Shown here in pieces: positions 36,204 through 42,129 of a DNA stretch of 42,129 bases. The position numbers were made by a program, and so were the translations under genes. Within the stretch, counting starts at the first letter, position 1. Every line of letters begins with the position of its first letter. The DNA is from a virus (Duplodnaviria; Caudoviricetes), in the IMG/VR virus record IMGVR_UViG_3300022218_000004, positions 1-42,129 of that record; one strand, given 5' to 3'. The notes beneath the pieces are model-generated. The model had not been told where the DNA came from. It saw only the letters and a list, made by a program, of their open reading frames with translations, and did no database searches.

Positions 36204-36264
36204 ATAGTCCCTTGGTAAGACGGTTCAATCAGAACCCGAATAACTCAAACGAGGAGAAAACAAG

Positions 36265-36663
36265 ATGAACGAACTCATAAAACAAAATCTAAAAAACAAC
36301 GCAATCGCTGATTTTCTTGGAATGAACTGGACGCAATTAAAAGCCACGAACAAAGGAGCTGGAAAAGTTGCGGGCGTCATGACTCCGAGTGGCGATATTT
36401 TTATCATAAAGATTCAGTCGGAACTTGAAAGAATGAAGCCAGAAAGCGACGTTGTAACTCATTTTCATCATGGGTGGCACTGGTTTCAAATTGAGAGAGT
36501 AAGGCGATTATGGGAAGTCTGGAAAGACGACTTTAATAAAAAAGAACAATGGAAAGTAAAATTCCCAAACGGCTTGATTGGGTTCAGAACAAAAAAACAA
36601 GCCATTCAGGTTTCAAGGGATTGGGAAGAGGCTGAAAATAAAAAAATGTCAGCGACAAACTAA
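36265..36663 (+). CDS. Hypothetical protein
   Basis: GAGGAG RBS; 132 aa. Confidence 0.7.
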   Translation: MNELIKQNLKNNAIADFLGMNWTQLKATNKGAGKVAGVMTPSGDIFIIKIQSELERMKPESDVVTHFHHGWHWFQIERVRRLWEVWKDDFNKKEQWKVKFPNGLIGFRTKKQAIQVSRDWEEAENKKMSATN

Positions 36664-37056
36664 TCACATAGCCGGGGCAGCCCGGCACAACCACACCACA
36701 AAATGAAAAAACTCACTCTTTTAATGAAAAACTTCGACACAAAGCCGGAGCCCATCAAGATCCCGCCCGGCACTTATTCGGCTGCAAAATTTGCAAAACT
36801 TTATCCAATGGAGTACAAAAGACTCGTAAGGGCAGGAATGCCCCACGCGGTTAATTCTCTCATAACGATCAGATGACTGAGAACAAACAATTCTGGAAAC
36901 AGGTCGAAAAAGAGCAACAGGCGCTTGAGATATACAGGGAGAAAGCGCAGAAAAGGCGGTTTCAAGCTGATCCCGTTCGTTGCTCTAATTGTGGCACAGG
37001 CGTCGAACCTGGCGAGCTTTGCCCTTCATGTAAGAAACTCAATCGAGGTTAAAGCC

Positions 37057-37251
37057 ATGAAAAATAATAAAAGAAACTACAAAAGAAAAAACAACGCATT
37101 TGTGTTAGATCAAGACTATATCGATTCAGCCGTTGAAGAGTTTTTGAACAATGGCGGCCAGATAACCAGAATCGAATTTGTTGAAAAATCAGAAGCGGAG
37201 ATTTACGCCGATAAATATTGCGGAGCTGACGAATTTTTGATGGGGAATTGA
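37057..37251 (+). CDS. SutA-RBD-like small protein, copy 2
   Basis: GAGG RBS before ATG 37057; DQDYIDSAVEEFLNNGGQITRIE. Confidence 0.65.
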   Translation: MKNNKRNYKRKNNAFVLDQDYIDSAVEEFLNNGGQITRIEFVEKSEAEIYADKYCGADEFLMGN

Positions 37252-37523
37252 TGAAAGTAATCCTTTTAATTATTGTTATCTCCTTGGCCGCCTTGCTTAT
37301 TCCAATGCAAATAGAACTTGAACAACTGCAGGAATTAGCAGCAGAAAACAAAGTCAGGCTTGATGATTATAAAATGCACTCGAAAGAGCCTTGCATGTCT
37401 TTACCTGATAGTGCGAAGTGTTGGGATAAGACTGTCCATTTCCGGATGCCTGGCGGGTCACTTCGAAAGGAATTAAGGCGGATTTGTGCATTTACATCGC
37501 CTAATGCGCAGGTATGGGAATGA
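37248..37523 (+). CDS. Small membrane-anchored/secreted protein
   Basis: Hydrophobic N-terminus. Confidence 0.55.
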   Translation: MMKVILLIIVISLAALLIPMQIELEQLQELAAENKVRLDDYKMHSKEPCMSLPDSAKCWDKTVHFRMPGGSLRKELRRICAFTSPNAQVWE

Positions 37524-37525
37524 CA

Positions 37526-37553
37526 TGTGAACATAATGTAAATTATAACCACA
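37526..37553 (+). other. dif-like tyrosine recombinase site 1 (11-6-11)
   Basis: TGTGAACATAA-TGTAAA-TTATAACCACA versus E. coli dif GGTGCGCATAA-TGTATA-TTATGTTAAAT. Confidence 0.65.
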
Positions 37554-37566
37554 CTTGGAGAGAAAG

Positions 37567-37710
37567 ATGGAAGAATTAACAAGCCTTAAAGAGATTGCAG
37601 ATTATATGCGAAATAAGGCGCAAGAAATTGGAGATGCTTATCTTCTGGAGTCACTAAAATTACTACAAGCCGCTGATATTCTCGACCCAAATGAAAGTGT
37701 CGAATCTTAA
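37567..37710 (+). CDS. 47-aa cargo gene between the dif-like sites
   Basis: GGAG RBS; MEELTSLKEIADYMRNKAQEIGDAYLLESLKLLQAADILDPNESVES*. Confidence 0.65.
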   Translation: MEELTSLKEIADYMRNKAQEIGDAYLLESLKLLQAADILDPNESVES

Positions 37711-37715
37711 CCAAG

Positions 37716-37743
37716 TGTGGTTATAATAAACCTTATCAACACA
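37716..37743 (-). other. dif-like site 2, inverted relative to site 1
   Basis: Minus strand reads TGTGTTGATAA-GGTTTA-TTATAACCACA followed by the same CTTGG flank. Confidence 0.65.
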
Positions 37744-37750
37744 ACAAAAA

Positions 37751-37978
37751 ATGAACTGTGAAACCTGCCCGACAAAAGACTTTGTTCATGCTGATCTATA
37801 CTGCCAAGGATGCAAAGAAAATCCGACAGTCACCGGCATTGCTTACTTGTTTCAGAAAGACAAATCAGAGCCCAGGGGGTCGGTATCAATTGAAGCGCCC
37901 GAGGGTCAAGAATATTTATATGCAGCTCATGAGTTAATGCAGAAATATAAAATTGAATTTATAGGGGATGAGGGATGA
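37751..37978 (+). CDS. Small Cys-rich protein
   Basis: CETCP...CQGC. Confidence 0.55.
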   Translation: MNCETCPTKDFVHADLYCQGCKENPTVTGIAYLFQKDKSEPRGSVSIEAPEGQEYLYAAHELMQKYKIEFIGDEG

Positions 37979-38196
37979 GCAAAGAATACAAACTTGCTAA
38001 AAGTGTTGTTGTGAATTACAGAGAAATAAAACAATATATTAGCGAATACAGATGCCCGCGTTGTAAAACAATAATAATAGGCGGTGGAATCAGCGAGAAT
38101 GTGACAAGATTCAATTGCCAGCATTGCAAAAGCCCGCTGATAGTTTCAGAACATGCGTACAATCCAAATTTTGAAAAGCTGAAAGGTAAGGTATAA
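37975..38196 (+). CDS. Zn-ribbon protein
   Basis: CPRC...CQHC. Confidence 0.6.
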   Translation: MSKEYKLAKSVVVNYREIKQYISEYRCPRCKTIIIGGGISENVTRFNCQHCKSPLIVSEHAYNPNFEKLKGKV

Positions 38197-38197
38197 A

Positions 38198-38416
38198 ATG
38201 AAAACCCTAATCAAAAAAGTCCGCGAAATAGACGAAGCCGCGGCCAATTACATCGAATCGGAAGTTTTGCCACGTTGGGAAGTTATTCCATGATCAATTG
38301 AAAAGGTTGAAAAGTTTTCCTTGTCTGATCAGCTTTCAACTTTTATTATCTGGTCAGAGACGCCGCAGGGTAATACTTATTGGCGGGATATTTATTTAAA
38401 ACTTAAGGGGGGTTGA
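38198..38416 (+). pseudogene. Small phage protein (W..TPQG..YW motif) interrupted by an in-frame TGA
   Basis: MKTLIKKVREIDEAAANYIESEVLPRWEVIP*SIEKVEKFSLSDQLSTFIIWSETPQGNTYWRDIYLKLKGG*; internal stop at 38291-38293. Confidence 0.55.
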
Positions 38417-38805
38417 TGCAGACAATCGAACAACAGACAGGATGGTCAAGAGGTTATCCAAAGATGATTTGTCAAAATGTTGATGTTCTATCGGCTGTCA
38501 ATGATTACTCATTTGATGTTAATAACCACGAATTTATTGAGTATTTCAGGTGCAGAACTGGTATTGTTTGGGATGACCACAAGGTATTTTTAACAACGTC
38601 AGATCAAGCCGAACACTGGTTACTAAACAGCCCTGATTTTAGATATATGGCATCTCAAGAGCCTGTCGAGTTTGGGCATGCCAGAGATCAAGAGGTCTTT
38701 TTGAATAGAATTTTAAAGGGCAAGCTGCAGGATTGTTGGGAGCTTTTTATCACTGTTGAAAATTCAACATGGAAACATAAATATATTAATCTTATGGAGA
38801 ACTAA
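38413..38805 (+). CDS. Hypothetical protein
   Basis: 130-aa ORF coupled to the previous stop. Confidence 0.6.
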   Translation: MMQTIEQQTGWSRGYPKMICQNVDVLSAVNDYSFDVNNHEFIEYFRCRTGIVWDDHKVFLTTSDQAEHWLLNSPDFRYMASQEPVEFGHARDQEVFLNRILKGKLQDCWELFITVENSTWKHKYINLMEN

Positions 38806-38807
38806 AA

Positions 38808-39443
38808 ATGGCGTCCGTAAATGTGATTGATGTTTCAAAAATAACAAGGGACCTTTTGGTGATTCAAAAAAGGATCGACAAAGCCGAGGATGTTGCCACA
38901 ACCAGGGCCTTGAATATTATTTTGAACAAAGAAGAAAAGCGGATTTCCGCCGAAATCTCCAAGGAGTACGGAATCAGCCAAGCCAGCGTCAGAGCAAAAA
39001 TCAAGAAACGAAAGGCCACTAAAACAAATAAGCTCATTGCCTTGAATTTTAGGTCACTCCGGGCCAACGTTATCAGCCCGCGACAGCTTAAAAAAGGGAT
39101 CTCATTCAGGAAAAAAGGCGGTGGCCGCATTAAGATTACGACTCGGGTTACGGCTGGATCCTCAAAGCCATTTATGATCAATGCGAAAGCTGGCGGGTAC
39201 ACTGGCGGGGCAAACATTAAAGTTCCAGGCGGAAATAAAAAGATTCCTGTTTATATTGGGAAGAGAGAAAACCCCAAAAGAGGCCCGGCCAGAAAAGTGA
39301 CAACCATGAAAGGATCGAGTATCCCGCACATGGCCGCAGCTCTGCAGATTCAAAATAACAGGCTTGAAAATGCCGTTCGCCGGGATTTTCCTGGGGAATA
39401 TCGAAATCAATTAAAAAAGGCTCGATTTACCGGGAGGTTTTAA
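38808..39443 (+). CDS. Lambda gpZ-like tail completion protein, displaced from the tail module
   Basis: ATTRALN...ISKEYGISQASVRAKIK..KAT...PFM...GSSIPHM; very basic. Confidence 0.65.
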   Translation: MASVNVIDVSKITRDLLVIQKRIDKAEDVATTRALNIILNKEEKRISAEISKEYGISQASVRAKIKKRKATKTNKLIALNFRSLRANVISPRQLKKGISFRKKGGGRIKITTRVTAGSSKPFMINAKAGGYTGGANIKVPGGNKKIPVYIGKRENPKRGPARKVTTMKGSSIPHMAAALQIQNNRLENAVRRDFPGEYRNQLKKARFTGRF

Positions 39444-39583
39444 AATGGATTACAAACTATATTTATTTTGCTTAATCGCTTTTATTATTGGCAGGGCATC
39501 AAAAGGCTTCAATATTTACATTGGCCCTGACGCCGAAAAATACGAAAATGCAACGATAGGAATTCAAACAAGGAGTAAACAAA

Positions 39584-39886
39584 ATGGCTGAAGAAACCCC
39601 AAAAGAAGCACAACCGGAACCAGTACAACAGAACCTATCCGAAATCGTTGGAAGGCTGGTTGAAGCTCATGAACTGTCAAAAACCGCTACAAAGTACACT
39701 CGGGGAAGCGCTGATTCTCCTGTGAATATCGTAAGCGGATCAAGTGCAAAACCGAATCCGACTCTTTATCAATACATTCAAAAAGCTGAAAAAATCGTTA
39801 TCCAGGAAATGCAACAGTTGATTATTGATAAGGCTCGGGGCTTGATCGGGATTGAGCTGGATAAAATACGGGGGATGGTGGGATGA
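39584..39886 (+). CDS. Hypothetical protein
   Basis: AAGGAG RBS. Confidence 0.65.
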   Translation: MAEETPKEAQPEPVQQNLSEIVGRLVEAHELSKTATKYTRGSADSPVNIVSGSSAKPNPTLYQYIQKAEKIVIQEMQQLIIDKARGLIGIELDKIRGMVG

Positions 39887-40203
39887 AAATAAAACTCAGG
39901 GCATGGGATAAGACAGAAAACAGAATGATAGAATGGGATGATTTTGACGACTATCCATGGCTGTATGATATCCTGTCACAGATAAAATACAATTCTGATT
40001 CTGTTGAATTTCTTCTATTCACCGGCATCAAAGATAAAAATGGCGTGGAGATTTACGAGGGGGATATTATCTTTATTCCGTATAATAGGCTTGGACATCA
40101 TGCTGTTGTGTTCAAAAATGGTAAGTTTTCTGCGACTAATTTTGACATTAAGCAAATCGAAGTAAAAGGCAACATCCACCAAAACCCGGAGCTATTAAAA
40201 TGA
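39883..40203 (+). CDS. YopX family protein
   Basis: IKLRAWDK, FTGIKDKNGVEIYEGDI, EVKGNIHQNPELL. Confidence 0.93.
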   Translation: MKIKLRAWDKTENRMIEWDDFDDYPWLYDILSQIKYNSDSVEFLLFTGIKDKNGVEIYEGDIIFIPYNRLGHHAVVFKNGKFSATNFDIKQIEVKGNIHQNPELLK

Positions 40204-40534
40204 AAAAATGCAGATGCGGTGCCGAAATGGTGCAACTTGAAACAGAAAACAATGTAATTAAAACCTACGTTTGCCCTAAATGCAGGGTGCTTGATAATTA
40301 TTTCGAGAAAGGGCCGTTGGAGGCTTTGCTTGAAAAGGCTGTGAAGGTGGGGGAAAATGGAAGAGCTTAATTTTACGACTGAGCCAACATTATCAAGAGT
40401 TGTTTGCGAAATTGAAAAACAAAGAGAATGGTTTCGTAAAAACGTAATCGGCCCACTATTTATTGAACCGGTATATAGAGAATGGGTTGCTCTTGTAATC
40501 TATCAACGGCCTTTTCGCCATATGTGGGAATAAT

Positions 40535-40726
40535 ATGAAAGCAACCTGTAAATTCTGCAAAAGAGAGATCGAGCTCGAAACCTGGGCGCCAATGACACAA
40601 GGTTATGTCTGTGGCGAATGTCAAGTCAGGTTTGAGGGGTCATTTTTACGGCATCTTATTCAGAAACGGATTGAGAGAAAGGAGATTGAGAAGGATGGGA
40701 AACGAATGGAAGGTATGCACACTTGA
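40535..40726 (+). CDS. Small Zn-finger protein
   Basis: CKFC...CGEC. Confidence 0.5.
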   Translation: MKATCKFCKREIELETWAPMTQGYVCGECQVRFEGSFLRHLIQKRIERKEIEKDGKRMEGMHT

Positions 40727-41120
40727 TCAGGCTAAGCGGTTGGTTGGGTTGGGGGTTGTGTTGGATACGTCACAATTTTGGGTATGTGCCGGAGGACACT
40801 GGCAACTTGGTATGGGTAAAGGTTTTCTCAATGAGTTAGGTCCGGCAATAATTCCAGCCCCTGACGTTGCAGAGCTTGGTGTTTTGTTGCCTCAATTCAT
40901 AACAGTCGGGATGAATGAGCATGGCGGGATAAAGATTCCTGATATGTATTTTGTAAAGTTCTCACATGGAAAAGGAATATTTTTCTGCAATTACGGGAAA
41001 ATAGCTGGCAACAACACAATTTGCGAATTTGATGGAGAAACAGAAGCGCAAGCCCGTTGCGCTGCATTGATCTGGCTGATTGAGAGCGGGCATTTAAAAG
41101 CTGAAGATATTAAGCTGTGA
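40605..41120 (+). CDS. Phage hypothetical protein (real start probably MGNEWKVC)
   Basis: VCTLDQAKRL..LG, PAPDVAELGVLLP, TEAQARCAALIWLIE pattern. Confidence 0.7.
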   Translation: MSVANVKSGLRGHFYGILFRNGLRERRLRRMGNEWKVCTLDQAKRLVGLGVVLDTSQFWVCAGGHWQLGMGKGFLNELGPAIIPAPDVAELGVLLPQFITVGMNEHGGIKIPDMYFVKFSHGKGIFFCNYGKIAGNNTICEFDGETEAQARCAALIWLIESGHLKAEDIKL

Positions 41121-41125
41121 ATATG

Positions 41126-41191
41126 TGGGGCGGTGGCGTTGTCATCGGTGAAGGCTGCCAGCGAAAGCAAAAGCACAAACGCGCCGCTCCA
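41126..41191 (+). ncRNA. Candidate structured intergenic RNA
   Basis: 14-bp closing stem TGGGGCGGT-G-GCGTT / AACGC-GCCGCTCCA enclosing GCGAAAGC. Confidence 0.4.
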
Positions 41192-41208
41192 TTAACTAAG
41201 GGGGAATT

Positions 41209-41469
41209 GTGGGAATGACAGTTAATAAACTCTATAAAGAGTTAGGTAAATTGATTGCAAATGGTGATGGACGAAAGTTAGTTGAGGTACACAAAGCAAC
41301 CTTTCATCACCCATTGGAATCGGACGGTTGCGTGATTATACCACTTGAGTCCATCGGGATTGATACATTCAATATCATTGATGACAATGGCGGGCACGCT
41401 GAAAATAAGGACGGTAGCGAAAGACTAAGGACATCATGCGTTCTATATGGAGGTAATACAGATGAATAA
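41209..41469 (+). CDS. Hypothetical protein
   Basis: AAGGGGG RBS; MTVNKLYKELGKLI. Confidence 0.65.
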   Translation: MGMTVNKLYKELGKLIANGDGRKLVEVHKATFHHPLESDGCVIIPLESIGIDTFNIIDDNGGHAENKDGSERLRTSCVLYGGNTDE

Positions 41470-41776
41470 GGAAAAGATTAAACAGGAATTGCAAGAGAAG
41501 TATCCAGGCATGACACCGGCGGTTATTGCTATGGTTAATATAATGCTTGATGCAATTGAGTTGAGCAGGCAGGATGATTGGATGTGTGAGGGTGGAGTTA
41601 TTAGGCATGGTAGCGGGTACACAGTACAGGTGCATAGCGGTAGCTTGGTTGTGTGTCCTGAGTGTGGGGGCAAGGGGCAGGTACACGGCAAAGATGGGTC
41701 AGGGCTGGCCGTGTACTGTGACAGGTGTAACGGGTACGGCTCTGTTAAGGCTGAATGTAATACTCCATCTGCATAG
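41447..41776 (+). CDS. Protein with a DnaJ-type CxxCxGxG zinc finger
   Basis: CPECGGKG...CDRCNGYG. Confidence 0.7.
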   Translation: MEVIQMNKEKIKQELQEKYPGMTPAVIAMVNIMLDAIELSRQDDWMCEGGVIRHGSGYTVQVHSGSLVVCPECGGKGQVHGKDGSGLAVYCDRCNGYGSVKAECNTPSA

Positions 41777-41801
41777 GTGGGTAATCTATTGGGGTAATGC
41801 T

Positions 41802-41993
41802 ATGAGAAAGACACACTATCAAGCGCCATGGGTTGATAAGCCAGAGAGCAGGGCGGTATGCAATGAGATTGTTAATCATCTAACTACGTCCATCTATACC
41901 GATAAGGTGGACTGCAAGCGGTGCCTTAAGATAATGGCTACGTACAAAGGCAGGCGCAAGCGTCCCGGGCTACTGCGTAGGCTGTTTGGGTAA
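41802..41993 (+). CDS. Small protein with a CKRC motif
   Basis: GGGG RBS; MRKTHY...C...VDCKRCLK. Confidence 0.5.
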   Translation: MRKTHYQAPWVDKPESRAVCNEIVNHLTTSIYTDKVDCKRCLKIMATYKGRRKRPGLLRRLFG

Positions 41994-42088
41994 TAGTGCT
42001 GTGGCTTGTGGATGCCTTGTGTTAGGGGGTAGGCGCATGATGTTTGTTATTTGATAGGTAGTCTATCGGGCTGTAAGTCAATGGTGGC

Positions 42089-42129
42089 GGGTCCTCTGAG
42101 GGGTTTGGGTGCCCGTTATGGAGCGACTG
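42089..42129 (+). other. cosQ-like heptamer plus the right copy of the terminal duplication
   Basis: GGGTCCT at 42089-42095, 25 nt before GAGCGACTG. Confidence 0.7.

Noticed and set aside
36671-36686. Hairpin GCCGGG-GCAG-CCCGGC as a terminator (similar short hairpins near 1003-1019 and 5539-5558)
   Set aside because: No T tract; may be stabilising hairpins, but function cannot be supported.
40523-40533. TGTGGGAATAA as a third dif-like site
   Set aside because: It matches only one arm (TGTG-N3-ATAA); there is no TTAT...CACA arm after 6 bp, so it is probably chance or a relic.
41126-41191. tRNA gene
   Set aside because: No TTCGA T-loop, D-loop or cloverleaf spacing; kept only as a generic structured RNA candidate.
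198-41691. Minus-strand and nested alternative-frame ORFs in the track
   Set aside because: They overlap well-supported + strand genes, lack RBSs or motifs, and read as antisense shadows.
1-42129. Genome-wide stop-codon reassignment
   Set aside because: Long genes are intact in the standard code, and TGA, TAG and TAA all end genes, with many ATGA overlaps. Only one in-frame TGA was seen.
41450-42129. G/T-rich right end as a foreign insertion
   Set aside because: Visible by eye only and not quantified; no boundaries or mobility signatures, and it may simply reflect the cos-proximal region.

Overview
The window is an apparently complete ~42.1 kb tailed-phage genome, most likely a siphovirus. 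It opens at what looks like a lambda-type cos site (9-nt terminal duplication GAGCGACTG, cosQ-like GGGTCCT upstream). All credible genes are on the + strand. Gene order: small accessory genes; Nu1-like TerS and GpA-like TerL; an inserted cassette (promoter, C4-like RNA leader, HTH protein with palindrome array, HNH, adenine MTase); head module (gpW, lambda portal, S49 protease, DUF2190-like decoration, Mu gpT-like capsid); tail module; a lipoprotein moron; lysis genes; a recombination/replication module (SbcC-like ATPase, RecT, DnaQ-like exonuclease, MBL nuclease, O-like initiator, primase-helicase); then many small accessory genes. I found no integrase, CI-like repressor, tRNA or CRISPR array. 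The three most notable observations: (1) TerL has no canonical start codon ahead of its conserved N-terminus and is reachable from TerS by a -1 shift at an A9 run, implying a TerS-TerL fusion; (2) two inverted 28-bp dif-like (11-6-11) sites tightly flank a single small gene in a phage without a recombinase; (3) a C4-like RNA whose loop is complementary to the downstream RBS. All family assignments come from motif recognition by eye, not from database searches.
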